A DNA stretch of 59,018 bases, filler included, from 9 parts of 9 records of this genome joined end to end with filler, not necessarily neighbours in it, one strand, 5' to 3'; shown: positions 47,527-58,826, counted from the whole stretch's first letter. The notes: generated from the sequence alone by a model not told the origin. A program made the numbers and translations.

Positions 47527-48708
47527 TCACCCATGGGGCGGGACAAACCTGGCCGTGGCGATATCCGGCGGCCAGATCACCTCGAACCTGTCGTCGATAA
47601 TCTGCAGAACCAGTGTGCGGACCGTGTTCTGTCTCTCAAAGCCGTCATAGGAGTAGAACTTTACAGGCCCGAAAGGGGTCGTCATGTATGTTTTGTCCAA
47701 CGCCGCCCTGATACTTCCAGGGCTTGAGGCGTCAGCCCGTTCCAACGCATCCGCCGCCACCATCAGCGCGGAATAGGCTTCGGCGCCGTGGTAATCAGGG
47801 GGGTAGGAATACAGCTGTAAAAAACGGTCATAGTAATCTTTTGCCCCGGGGTATGGGAGCTGGTGGGACCACAATGTCGCCGTCAATAAATGATTGGCGG
47901 CTTTTCCCGCCCTTTTGATGAATTCCCGGCTGGTAAACCCGCCAGCCCCCCCGCACAACAAGACGGCAAGTTTCACTTCCCGGATGGCTTTCACCAGTGC
48001 CGCACCGTCATCCAGCCGGGAAACCATATATATGATGTCCGGCGGGTCATCCACCTGGAATGCCAGTATAGATCGAAAATAGGCAGGGTCCGTCCGCTCC
48101 CTGTCATATCCGACGGTGGACCGCATGGCAATGCCGTTCTCCTGGCAAAAGCCCATCATGTGGGTTGCCCCATCCATCCCGTACATGCTGTTTTCATAGA
48201 GAATGGACATGAATTTGGGTTTGACGGACTTCATCCAGAAATCTTCCAGGCCTTTGGTATACTCGCTGACCGGGGGATTCAGCCGGTAAATATTTTTCCA
48301 TCTTTTCCGGGTGATCCTGTCCGCCGAGGCCGTACACACGAGAAACGGCACATCCAGTTTATTGGCGATTTTTGCCATGGCATAGGTCGGTGCGCTCGTA
48401 TGTCCGCCGACCAGCATTACCGCCCCGGCGTTGTCCACCAGATCCTTGATGATCTTTTCGGCCATGGATTCCTTCCCCTGGTCGTCGGCATAGACAAGTT
48501 GCAGGGGACGGCCGTTGATACCACCGTTTTCGTTGATGATTTTTTTTGCCATTTCAAACGAATCCTTCATCATCTGCCCGTCTTTCATCTGTTTCCCGGA
48601 GAGGGGAAGGGGTACGCCGACAACGATGGGCCCGGCCCCATGGGTCGCAACCGGGATCACAAGCATCGCAACCATCACAATTACAATTTTTTTTATGCAG
48701 GCTGGCAT
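47527..48708 (-). CDS. branched-chain amino acid (LivJ/K-like) substrate-binding protein
   Basis: Signal peptide, GVPLPLSG, INENGGINGRPLQLVYADD, TPFGPVKF. Confidence 0.9.
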   Translation of the reverse strand: MPACIKKIVIVMVAMLVIPVATHGAGPIVVGVPLPLSGKQMKDGQMMKDSFEMAKKIINENGGINGRPLQLVYADDQGKESMAEKIIKDLVDNAGAVMLVGGHTSAPTYAMAKIANKLDVPFLVCTASADRITRKRWKNIYRLNPPVSEYTKGLEDFWMKSVKPKFMSILYENSMYGMDGATHMMGFCQENGIAMRSTVGYDRERTDPAYFRSILAFQVDDPPDIIYMVSRLDDGAALVKAIREVKLAVLLCGGAGGFTSREFIKRAGKAANHLLTATLWSHQLPYPGAKDYYDRFLQLYSYPPDYHGAEAYSALMVAADALERADASSPGSIRAALDKTYMTTPFGPVKFYSYDGFERQNTVRTLVLQIIDDRFEVIWPPDIATARFVPPHG

Positions 48709-48733
48709 TTTACTCTCCCTTGAAATTGAAAGG

Positions 48734-50266
48734 TCACTGTGCCCAGACCGGCAGCACACCGGCTTTGATGCCGAATACCACCGTCCCCAAAAGAAGGAAC
48801 AGGGCCGTTACGACGGCAATGCCGATAAGGTTGATCAACAGGCCGGCCTTGACCATTTCTCCTATCTTAACCCGCCCGCTGCCGAAGACAATGGCATTGG
48901 GCGGTGTGGCCACCGGCATCATAAATGCGCAGGATGAGGCAAGGGCCGCCGGAATCATCAGCAAAAGCGGATTGGTCTTTATGGCCACTGCGATGGATGC
49001 CAAAATCGGAAGAATCATTTGGGTCGTTGCGGTGTTGGATGTCAGCTCGGTCAGGAACGTCAGGCTTGTGCAAATGACCCCGATCATCCCGACGGTGCTG
49101 AATCCCGCAAGGACCTGAAGCTCATTTCCAATGAAATCGGCGAGCCCGGTGACTTGAAACCCTTTTGCCAGGGCGAATCCCCCACCAAAAAGGATCACGA
49201 TATCCCAGGGAAGATTTTTAAACACCGTGACGTCCATAACGGTTGCCGATTTGGATTGGGCCTGGGGGGTACGCGTGGGAAAAAAGAACATGAGAGAGGC
49301 CATGAAAATTGCGACAGTACCGTCATCGATCAGTTTTGAAGTGGGAAGCAGGTTTGACCATCCCGGTATGGTCACAAATCCCAGGACAAGATTTTTCCTG
49401 AATACCCACAATGCGGCGGTTAATATGAATATGATGGCAACGACCTTTTCTTCGGGGGTCATGGGGCCCAGGGCTTTGTATTCATTATTGACAATCCCGG
49501 GGTCCACCCTCAGGTGTTCCGCAGGCCGATAGATGAGCTTTGTAAGCACAACCCATACGATAAGCACCATGCACACCGCGACCGGAACCGCCATGATCAT
49601 CCAGATGCCAAAAGAGATGGGCGGTGCTTCAGGAAATGTGAGCTGAAACGTTCGCTGGAGCACAAGATTGGGAGGGGTGCCCACAAGGGTGGCCATGCCT
49701 CCCATGGATGCGGCATAGGCAATCCCGAGCATCAAACAGAGGGCGAACCGGTGGGTGTCCGCCTCCCCAAACTCTTCTTCCATTTTCAGTATGATGGATA
49801 AACCAATGGGAAGCATCATAATCGTGGTTGCCGTATTGGACATCCACGCAGACAAAAAGGCGGAGGCGACCATGAATCCCAGAATAATTCTGGAAGGCCC
49901 TCCCCCGATGGTCCGTATGGTCAACAGCGCCAACCGTTTATGGAGATCCCATTTCTCCATGGTCAACGCAATCATGAACCCGCCGATAAAAAGAAAAATC
50001 GTGCTGTTGAAATAGATGGGAGCCGTTGCCTTTCCCGCCAGAATCCCCATCAGCGGATAAAGGATCATGGGAAGGATGGCCGTGCCCGCCAATGGAATCG
50101 CCTCGGTGATCCACCATACGGACATCAGCAGGGCGATTGCGGCCATGCGGCTCACCACCGGCTTTCCCGGTACAAAGTCAATGAACAGGACAAGGAAAAA
50201 TAAGATAGGACCGGATATCAATCCTGCCAGTTGAGCTTTTGACCGCTTATGTTTGTTTACATTCAT
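48734..50266 (-). CDS. SLC13/DASS sodium:dicarboxylate or sulfate symporter
   Basis: WWITEAIP, SNTAT (twice), GTPPN, MPVATPPNAIVF. Confidence 0.93.
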   Translation of the reverse strand: MNVNKHKRSKAQLAGLISGPILFFLVLFIDFVPGKPVVSRMAAIALLMSVWWITEAIPLAGTAILPMILYPLMGILAGKATAPIYFNSTIFLFIGGFMIALTMEKWDLHKRLALLTIRTIGGGPSRIILGFMVASAFLSAWMSNTATTIMMLPIGLSIILKMEEEFGEADTHRFALCLMLGIAYAASMGGMATLVGTPPNLVLQRTFQLTFPEAPPISFGIWMIMAVPVAVCMVLIVWVVLTKLIYRPAEHLRVDPGIVNNEYKALGPMTPEEKVVAIIFILTAALWVFRKNLVLGFVTIPGWSNLLPTSKLIDDGTVAIFMASLMFFFPTRTPQAQSKSATVMDVTVFKNLPWDIVILFGGGFALAKGFQVTGLADFIGNELQVLAGFSTVGMIGVICTSLTFLTELTSNTATTQMILPILASIAVAIKTNPLLLMIPAALASSCAFMMPVATPPNAIVFGSGRVKIGEMVKAGLLINLIGIAVVTALFLLLGTVVFGIKAGVLPVWAQ

Positions 50267-50332
50267 CTCAAACCCTCCTATTCTGCTTTATGAATCAAGA
50301 CCGGCTTGGGAACGGTCTCCGCGGGAAGCAAA

Positions 50333-50866
50333 TTACGGGGAGGCCAGTTTCATCTTATATTCAAAGGAATCCATCAGCGTTGTTTTGCCGGCCACCGCCT
50401 TGGTCTTGATCAGGTAGGTGCCGGTTTCCCCCAGGTTCACATCGGCGCCATAGCCCCCGCCCATGCCCATGCACATGGCCTTCTGGGACTTGCCGCCGGG
50501 GCCCTTGATCAGGTACCCCACCTTTGCCTTGCCAAGGGTGTTGCCCTGGTCATCCTTGATATAAACCATGAGATGGTGGGTCTTTGTCATTCCCGGCATA
50601 TCCTTTATTTTTTCCCTCATATCGATAAGTTCGTAGGCAAAATGATGGCCCTTGACATGGGCTTCCCGGATCCAGTTCCTGCCCCCGGTAACTTTTCCAG
50701 GCATATCATGGCCCATTTTGCTGTGATCCATGGCGTCCTGGACGGTTTTCTCTCCTTCCTCGACCATTCCATGGCCCATCTTGCTGTGGTCGTCCATGGC
50801 CGGAAGGACTGCGGGAACGGAAAGCACCAGCAGGAAGGTAATGACCTGTGCAACATTCTTTTTCAT
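50333..50866 (-). CDS. exported Met/His-rich protein, putative Cu/Ag-binding chaperone
   Basis: Signal peptide, two DHSKMGH motifs, THHLMV, MCMGM; directly after cusA. Confidence 0.75.
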   Translation of the reverse strand: MKKNVAQVITFLLVLSVPAVLPAMDDHSKMGHGMVEEGEKTVQDAMDHSKMGHDMPGKVTGGRNWIREAHVKGHHFAYELIDMREKIKDMPGMTKTHHLMVYIKDDQGNTLGKAKVGYLIKGPGGKSQKAMCMGMGGGYGADVNLGETGTYLIKTKAVAGKTTLMDSFEYKMKLASP

Positions 50867-50897
50867 GGTGTGTTTCTCCTGTTTTCAGTTTTTGGTT

Positions 50898-53886
50898 TTA
50901 CGGAGTCGGAGGTTTATTATCTGGGCGATTCCGCCCCATTTCCCACCGTTTCCAGATCCGGTACACGGCCGGGATGATCACAAGGGTGAGGATGGTGGAG
51001 GAAACAAGCCCCCCGACCATGGGGGCGGCGATCCGTTTCATCACCTGGGAACCGGCCCCGTGGCCATACATGACCGGAAGGAGCCCGATCAGGGTGGTGG
51101 CCACGGTCATGATCTTGGGACGCACCCTGTCCACGGCCCCTTCGATGATGGCCGCTTCCAGGTCCCGGACCGTTGTCATTTCACCCTTTTGCCGCTGTCG
51201 CTCAAACACCCCGTCCAGGTAAACCAGCATCACAACCCCGGTTTCGGCGGCAAGCCCGGCAAGGGCGATAAATCCCACCATCACGGCAACGGAGATGTTG
51301 TACCCGAGGAAATAGAGGAGCCAGATGCCCCCCACCAGGGCAAAGGGCAGGCTCGCCATGACGATCACCGCCTCGATGATGCTGTTGAAGTGGATGTAGA
51401 GAAGGATGAAGATCACCGCCAGGGTGGCCGGAATGATGATGTTAAGGGTCTTTCTCGCCCGTTCCATGTATTCGAACTGGCCCGACCAGACCATGGAGTA
51501 GCCCGGAGGGATATCCACCTCACGGTTGACCACGGCCATGGCCCTTTTCACGAAGGTCCCCACGTCCACGCCCCGGATATCCACGTAGATCCAGGCGGTC
51601 CGTCTGGCGTTTTCGCTCTTGATGCCCGCGGGCCCCTTGCGGATATTGATGTCCGCCAGCTGGGCCAGGGGCACCTGGGCGCCGGTGGGGGCGGGCACGA
51701 GCACCCGTTTGAGCTGCTCGATATCGTCCCGGAGCTCCCGGCTGTAGCGCAGGTTCACCGGATACCGTTCCAGCCCCTCCACGGTATAGGTGATGTTCAT
51801 GCCGCCGATGGCCGTCATGATCACATCCTGGACATCCCCCACGGTGAGGCCGTACCGGGCGATATGGTCCCGGCGGATGGAAAAATCCAGGTAATTGCCG
51901 CCGGTGACCCGTTCGGCAAAGGCCGAGAGGGTGCCGGGGATCTCCCGAAGCACGGCCTCCAGCCGCTCCCCCAATTGGGTGAGCACGTCGAGGTCCGGCC
52001 CCATGAGCTTGATGCCCACCGGGGTCTTGATGCCGGTGGAGAGCATGTCGATGCGGGTGCGGATGGGCATGGTCCATGCGTTGGTGAGCCCCGGGAACTG
52101 GATCGCCCGGTCAAGCTCGTCCGTGAGCTCGGCAATGGTCATGTATCGCTCCAGGGGAAAGAGCAGGGACAACGGCTTTTTCAGGAAACCGGGCCAGGTT
52201 GAAAAGAACCGCTCCACCGGCCTTTTCCGCCACTCATGAATGATCCGTCCCTTTTTCACCTCGGGCCAAAGCCAGGTAAGGGGCTTCTTGAGCCACCCCG
52301 GCCAGCCGGAGAAAAACCGGTCCACGGGGATCATCTCATGCTCCTTTTCGGGCCGGAGCATGATGGTGGTTTCGATCATGGAAAGGGGCGCGGGATCGGT
52401 GGGGGTATCGGCCCGGCCGATCTTGCCCAGGGTGTGGTGCACCTCGGGAAACCGCTGGATGATCTTGTCGGTCTGCTGGAGCAGCTCCCTTGCCTTGGTG
52501 ATGGAGATGCCCGGAAGGGTGGTGGGCATGTAAAGCAAATCCCCCTCGTTCAGGGGCGGCATGAACTCGCTGCCAAGCCGGGAAAGGGGATACCAGGTGA
52601 CGGCCACGATCAGGATGGCGATCATCACCATGGTCTTTCGAAAGCGGAGCACCAGGCGAATCAGGGGACGGTAGATGAGGATGAAAAAGCGGCTCAGGGG
52701 ATTCTTATCCTCGGGCATGATCTTCTGGGGAACCAGGCAGAAGAAGATAAACACCGAGAGGACCAGGGCGGCCACCAGGCTCCAGTCCGGCAGTGCCACG
52801 CCCAGTATGCCCGCAAGGATCACCAGCACCGGGGGAGATCCCACCCAGGTGATCCATATTCTTGCCTTTCTCTTCCTGGGAAGGGACGCCTCCAAAGGCG
52901 TTTCCCGGATGAAAAAGGTCATGAGCACGGGGATGATGGTGATGGCCAGGACCGAGGAGGCGGCCATGGCAAAGGTCTTGGTGTAGGCCAGGGGCTTGAA
53001 CAGCCGTCCCGACTGCTCGCTGAGGGTAAACACGGGAAAGAAGGAGATGGTGATGATCAGGAGGCTGTAGAACAGGGCCGGCCCCACCTCCTGGGACGCA
53101 AGTGTGATGATCTCCATGTGGGATTTTTTGCCCCGGTCCCGCTCCAGGTGCTTGTGGGCGTTCTCCACCATGACAACGGACGCGTCCACCATGACACCGA
53201 TGGCGATGGCAATGCCGCCCAGGCTCATGATATTGGCGTTGATGCCCATGGCGTACATGATGAGAAACGATATGAGAATCCCCACCGGCAGGGTGAACAG
53301 GGCCACAAAGGCCGACCGGAAGTGGAGCAGGAACACAAAACAAATCAGGGCCACCACCGCGAGTTCCTCCATGAGCTTTGTCTTCAAGGTGTTCACGGCC
53401 CGGAGGATCAGGCCGGAACGGTCATAGCCGCTCTCCACCACCACGCCCTTGGGAAGGCCTTTTTCCAGCTCCTTGAGGCGCTGCTTCACCCGGCGGATCA
53501 CCTCCAGGGCGTTCTCGCCATAGCGCATCACAACGATCCCCCCCACCACCTCGGACTCACCGTTCCAGTCCAGGATGCCCCGTCTCAGCTCGGGGCCCGC
53601 CTGGATGTTGGCGATGGTCTTGAGCAGGATGGGGGTGCCCTTTTTATCCACGCCCACGGCAATATTGCCGATATCCGCCATGGAGGAAATATAGCCCAGG
53701 CCCCGCACCATGAACTCGGTCTCCCCCATCTCCACGAGCTTGCCGCCCACGTCGTTGTTGGAGCGCAGGATCGCCTGGCGGATCTTCCGGATGGAAAAAC
53801 CGTAGGCCAGCAGCTTGTTGGGATCCACCTCCACCTGGTACTGCTTGACAAACCCGCCGATGCCGGCCACCTCGGACACCCCGGGC
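50898..53886 (-). CDS. cusA: CusA/CzcA heavy-metal RND efflux transporter, 5' truncated
   Basis: NIMSLGGIAIAIGVMVDA, EFMPPLNEG, DPAPLSMIET, RIDMLSTG, AAETGVVML, RVRPKIMT. Confidence 0.93.
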
Positions 53887-53986
53887 NNNNNNNNNNNNNN
53901 NNNNNNNNNNNNNNNNNNNNNNNNNNNNNNTTAATTAATTAANNNNNNNNNNNNNNNNNNNNNNNNNNNNNNNNNNNNNNNNNNNN
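53887..53986. other. artificial contig linker
   Basis: N44-TTAATTAATTAA-N44. Confidence 0.99.
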
Positions 53987-55097
53987 CGGCATCGCCCATG
54001 ATTTCAACAATATTCTGTCTGCCATAATCGGGTTTTCAGAAGTCGCCCTGGGTGATATCCCCAAAGAGAGCCCTGTTTATTCCTATATTCAGCAGATCGC
54101 CGCGGCCGGACACCGGGCGGGCAATCTTGTTAACCAGATCCTGACATTCAGCCGCAGACAGGATCGGGAACTTAAGCCATTAAAGGTTCAATTGATTATA
54201 AAAGAGGCGTTAAAGCTATTACGTTCGACCATACCAACAACTATTGAGATCAAGAGTTATATTGATCCCAATTGCGGTCTCGTACTAGCAGATCCAACCC
54301 AGATCCAACAGATCATGATGAACCTTTGCACCAATGCCTATCATGCCATGGGGCATAAAGGCGGGATATTATCCGTCAATCTTCGGCCCATAAACCGAAT
54401 TTCCACGGACAATTTTTCAGGCGGAATATACCTGGAGCCTGGTCCATACCTTGAGCTGGAAATTAGCGATACAGGTCATGGCATCTCAAATGAACACCTG
54501 GCCAGAGTATTCGATCCATATTTTACAACCAAGGAAAAGGGTGAGGGAACCGGGCTTGGCTTAGCCATTGTTCATAGCATCGTCAACGACTTTAAAGGCA
54601 ATATTGATGTCAAAAGTAAAGTCGGAAAAGGAACAACCTTTACGATCTACATGCCGGTTATCAAAGAAACAAGACCGGCAAGAGGCGCACTGAAAGAAAC
54701 CGGCCCGCTTCCGGATGGAGAAGAAAGAATCCTGTTTGTTGATGATGAAAAAGGAGTGGTGGAATTCAGTAAAATCATGATTCAGAGTCTGGGATACAAC
54801 TTCACCGGATTTACAGACAGCAAACAGGCGCTTGAAGCTTTCCTGGCCGCTCCCCATGATTTTGATCTGATAATTACCGATATGACCATGCCTAATCTAA
54901 GCGGTCAGGAATTGGTCAGGGAGGTCTTAATGACAAGACCTGACATACCGGTTATTCTTTGTACCGGGTACAGCGAGTATTTCACTCCGGAGCAGGTTAA
55001 AAAGATGGGTATACGTGAATACATGAAAAAGCCGGTATTAAAAAGGGAACTCGCAACCACTATCAGGAAAGTCCTTGATGAAAACAAGTCAAATTAA
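53987..55097 (+). CDS. hybrid sensor histidine kinase/receiver, 5' truncated
   Basis: GIAHDFNNIL at the contig edge, NLCTNA, DTGHG, GTGLGL, receiver FVDDE..TDMTMP..KP. Confidence 0.92.
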
Positions 55098-55141
55098 TAG
55101 ATTGGTTTTATAATATTTAGCTTGCTGGCGGAGATGTAATA

Positions 55142-56587
55142 ATGGCGGACATACTGATCGTTGATGACGACCCTGAAATCAGAAAAATTCTGACCATATA
55201 TCTAAATGATATGGATCACACGCCCTTGGTTGTGGAAACCCTGTCAGATGGTCTTGACGCCGTTAAATCAGTTGATTTCGAACTGATTTTCCTGGATGTA
55301 AACCTGCCGGACGGCAGCGGGCTCGATGCCCTGCAAACCATAAAAAATTCTGCATCTGAACCTGAAGTTATTATCATAACGGGAGAAGGCAATGCCCAGG
55401 GGGCGGAAATGGCCTTTGAAAGCGGGGCCTGGGACTATATTCTAAAGCCTTTTTCCAGTCATGAAATAAAACTCCAGACACAGCGTTCACTTGCATTCAG
55501 GGAATCCAAGAAAGCATTGGAAGCTTCGACGGCAAATCTATTGGAAAGATCAGAGATTATTGGTTCAAGCCCCAAGCTGATGGCGCAGTTAAGCACGGTC
55601 GCCCAATGCGCCGGGAGTGACGCCAATGTCCTGATTACAGGTCGGACAGGGACCGGAAAGGAACTGTTTGCCAGGACCATCCACATCAACAGCAGACAAC
55701 AGCAGGATCGATATATAGTTGTTGACTGCGCGGCCTTGCCGGAACAGCTTGTCGAATCCGTACTTTTTGGACATGTCAAGGGAGCTTTTACCGGAGCGGA
55801 TTCACGTCAGGAAGGACTGATCAAAAAAGCGGATGGAGGAACGCTCTTTCTGGATGAAATCGGAGAGCTTCCCCTTTCCACGCAGAAAAAATTCTTAAGG
55901 GTTCTTCAGGAACGTAAATTTAAACCTGTCGGGGGAACAAATGAAATTGAAAGTCATTTCAGACTCATTTCCGCCACCAACCGAGACCTTGACAGCATGG
56001 TCAGTGAAAATCGTTTCAGAAGCGACCTGCTCTTTCGCCTCAGAACGATTCATATCAATCTGCCGCCTTTAACAGAATGCAAAGAAGATATAAAAGATCT
56101 GACCCTTCATTATATCTACGATTTATGCAGTCACCACGGATTTAAAAACAAGGGATTCGCGCCCGAATTTTTGCAGGTGCTGGAAGCCTACGACTGGCCC
56201 GGAAACACCCGGGAACTGATCAGCAGCCTTGAAAAAGCGGTTCTGGCCGACCCGGAATCTCCCATGCTATACCCCAATTACCTACCCAATCCAATCCGGT
56301 TACACTACATTCAATCTTCCCTGGAAAAAAAACAGCCGCCGTCGCAAACCAGCCCGCCCAAGGCGGATAATTTGATTTCAATGGGATCATTCGAAGAGTT
56401 AATTACACCCTTAAAAACCTTAAAAGAAGTAAAAGATATTACCATTGATGAAATATCCAAAATATATTTAAAAAAGCTGATGCTCTCAACAAAGGGCGAT
56501 ATTGATCAGGCAATCATTATGTCCGGACTGAGTAAAAGCCATCTATATTCACTATTAAAAAAATACGATATTTCCAGAAACGATTGA
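55142..56587 (+). CDS. NtrC-family sigma-54-dependent response regulator
   Basis: Receiver IVDDD/LDVNLP, GRTGTGKE, GAFTGA, FLDEIGE, WPGNTREL, C-terminal HTH. Confidence 0.95.
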   Translation: MADILIVDDDPEIRKILTIYLNDMDHTPLVVETLSDGLDAVKSVDFELIFLDVNLPDGSGLDALQTIKNSASEPEVIIITGEGNAQGAEMAFESGAWDYILKPFSSHEIKLQTQRSLAFRESKKALEASTANLLERSEIIGSSPKLMAQLSTVAQCAGSDANVLITGRTGTGKELFARTIHINSRQQQDRYIVVDCAALPEQLVESVLFGHVKGAFTGADSRQEGLIKKADGGTLFLDEIGELPLSTQKKFLRVLQERKFKPVGGTNEIESHFRLISATNRDLDSMVSENRFRSDLLFRLRTIHINLPPLTECKEDIKDLTLHYIYDLCSHHGFKNKGFAPEFLQVLEAYDWPGNTRELISSLEKAVLADPESPMLYPNYLPNPIRLHYIQSSLEKKQPPSQTSPPKADNLISMGSFEELITPLKTLKEVKDITIDEISKIYLKKLMLSTKGDIDQAIIMSGLSKSHLYSLLKKYDISRND

Positions 56588-56720
56588 TTCCGATGGGGCC
56601 GGAAATTCTTATCGCCCAATAAGAATCTGAATTCACCTTTCCCCTTCTTAACAACTCTCCAATCATATCTATTTGTTTTTCCATCATTTTTAAAAAACAT
56701 AATACTGGCGCCCTTTTTGT
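56588..56720 (+). promoter_or_regulatory. candidate enhancer palindrome and sigma-54 -24/-12 promoter for the MCP gene
   Basis: TTCCG-N7-CGGAA (56588-56604); TGGCGC-N5-TTGT (56706-56720; GG-N10-GT). Confidence 0.45.
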
Positions 56721-56904
56721 AACCCAGAACCATAACTGTGCAATTTTATAATGCCCGGTGGGAGTGATAATGATAATTTTCAGTTTTTATAAACGATATT
56801 AAACAAAGAAAAGGAGAATAGCGCAGGAGAAAATGAGCCGAATTTAAAAAGTCAATCAATGAGATATTCAATTATTAATGATTTTTATTAATAGGAGTAA
56901 AATC

Positions 56905-58770
56905 ATGAAATCTTTTTTTTCAAAAATGAAATTATCTCATCGAATCATGGCCCCAAATCTGATTTTCCTGTTTGTGTTAGCAATTGCCGTTTATGTTGCA
57001 ATTCACTCCACGGGAATGATTAAAACGGCGGCGGTCCATCAGGGCGAACTTTCCGCGGTCCAGGTCGAAATCAGGACCGTCATTCTTGGCCTTCAGCAAT
57101 ACATCAGCGGCGACATTTCTTACGATGACTTGAAAAAACAAACCGAAAAACTTAATAGATACAGCCATAAGCTGGAAGGACTTTCAAGTAAAGTTAACCA
57201 ATTGGATGCCTACCTGTCGGGATATGAAACATTAAACCAAAATAACCTCGAACTGGAAGAGGAAATATTTAAACTTTCCGGCGCGGCCATACATTCATCC
57301 AATTCATATATTGGAGCTACGGTTAAGCGTCTGGCCGATGATAATGAGAAAGAAAAAGTAACGCCCCTGGAACGACTTGTCATTGGCGGCGCCCTTACAA
57401 ACACTGTTTCCAACTATAAATTACGGCTCCACATTCAAGAGGTCAAACAACACCTTGAAGCCAAACAGGAGGCAATATCCTATATCGACCAGATGCTGAA
57501 AAATGTGGAGCAGGACATAGAAAAACTTAAGGGCACGGCTTTTATTGATATGGCTCTCGGGGCGAAAAAAGCCATCCTGCAAATCAAGAAGGATTTTGAT
57601 ACATTCTCAGCCAACCTGGAACAGCAGCGCGGTCTTGAATTGAAAATATTTGAAGAGGCGGACCAGGCAACCTTATTGGTTGATTCCGAAGGAAAAAAAG
57701 AGAACAACGAACTTCTGAACCAGTTTGAACAGTATTTCAGGATAATCGCCATTGTCCTGACGGCAGCGGTCTTATTAACCATTGGAATAAATCTATTCGT
57801 AGTCGGACGCGTCAGTAAAACGTTGGCAACCACAATTACCGGCATAGATTATTCTTCCAACCAGGTAGCCAACGCAACATCTCAGGTGTCGTCTGCAAGC
57901 CAGTCGCTGGCGGATGGCGCCTCCAACCAGGCGGCAGCTCTCGAGGAAACGTCCTCTTCTCTTGAGGAGATTACCTCGATGACCCAGCAAAACGCCGGCA
58001 ATGCAAACCAGGCGGATGATTTAATGAAAGATGCGCGCCAGGTAATTACCCAAGCCAATAAAGCCATGGCGGATGTAACAACGGCCATGGATCAGATTGC
58101 CAAGTCAAGCGAGGAAACATCCAAAATAATTAAGACGATAGATGAAATCGCCTTCCAGACGAACTTGTTGGCCTTGAATGCGGCTGTTGAAGCAGCCCGT
58201 GCGGGAGAAGCGGGCGCAGGGTTCGCCGTTGTGGCGGATGAAGTTCGAAATCTGGCCATGCGGGCAGCAGAAGCGGCTAAAAATACTTCCGAATTAATTG
58301 AAGATACTGCCAGGAAAGTTACTGAAGGCTCGCGAATTGTGACTACAACAAATGAGTCCTTTTCAAAGGTGGCCGAATCCACTGAACAAGTAGCCTTACT
58401 TGTATCTGAAATAGCGGCGGCGTCAAGTGAACAGTCGCAGGGTATTGAGCAGGTAAATAATGCGGTGTCTGAAATGGACAAGGTTGTGCAGCAGAATGCT
58501 GCCGACTCGGTGGAAACAGCCGGCGCGGCCCAGGAAATGAGCACACAGGCGGAGCAGATGAAATTGATGCTGCAAGAGCTTTCCAAACTGGCCGGCGTCA
58601 ATGGCTCTACAAATGGAAATGGTTTAAGAAAAACAATGACGGTTTCAAATTCACACGCTCAATCCGAATCAATACCATCACGGTATGAACAGTTGTCTCC
58701 GTCAATCTCAAGAAAAGCACTGCCCGAACGGATTATTCCAATGGGCGGCGACGATTTTAGCGATTTTTAA
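56905..58770 (+). CDS. methyl-accepting chemotaxis protein
   Basis: Two TMs, [38 protein letters not shown]-terminal DFSDF; SD AGGAG. Confidence 0.95.
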   Translation: MKSFFSKMKLSHRIMAPNLIFLFVLAIAVYVAIHSTGMIKTAAVHQGELSAVQVEIRTVILGLQQYISGDISYDDLKKQTEKLNRYSHKLEGLSSKVNQLDAYLSGYETLNQNNLELEEEIFKLSGAAIHSSNSYIGATVKRLADDNEKEKVTPLERLVIGGALTNTVSNYKLRLHIQEVKQHLEAKQEAISYIDQMLKNVEQDIEKLKGTAFIDMALGAKKAILQIKKDFDTFSANLEQQRGLELKIFEEADQATLLVDSEGKKENNELLNQFEQYFRIIAIVLTAAVLLTIGINLFVVGRVSKTLATTITGIDYSSNQVANATSQVSSASQSLADGASNQAAALEETSSSLEEITSMTQQNAGNANQADDLMKDARQVITQANKAMADVTTAMDQIAKSSEETSKIIKTIDEIAFQTNLLALNAAVEAARAGEAGAGFAVVADEVRNLAMRAAEAAKNTSELIEDTARKVTEGSRIVTTTNESFSKVAESTEQVALLVSEIAAASSEQSQGIEQVNNAVSEMDKVVQQNAADSVETAGAAQEMSTQAEQMKLMLQELSKLAGVNGSTNGNGLRKTMTVSNSHAQSESIPSRYEQLSPSISRKALPERIIPMGGDDFSDF

Positions 58771-58787
58771 CTGCAGCCTTAGAATAA

Positions 58788-58826
58788 GCGGTGCGGGGTG
58801 TTTGCCGGCAAAACATCCCGCGCCGT
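58788..58826. terminator. GC-rich hairpin after the MCP gene
   Basis: GCGGTGCGGGGTGTTTG / CAAAACATCCCGCGCCGT inverted repeat; A-run on the 3' side suits the minus strand. Confidence 0.55.

Noticed and set aside
50730-53942. Long plus-strand ORFs of 490 and 568 aa
   Set aside because: Antisense shadows of GC-rich cusA with no motifs; one closes only at the linker.
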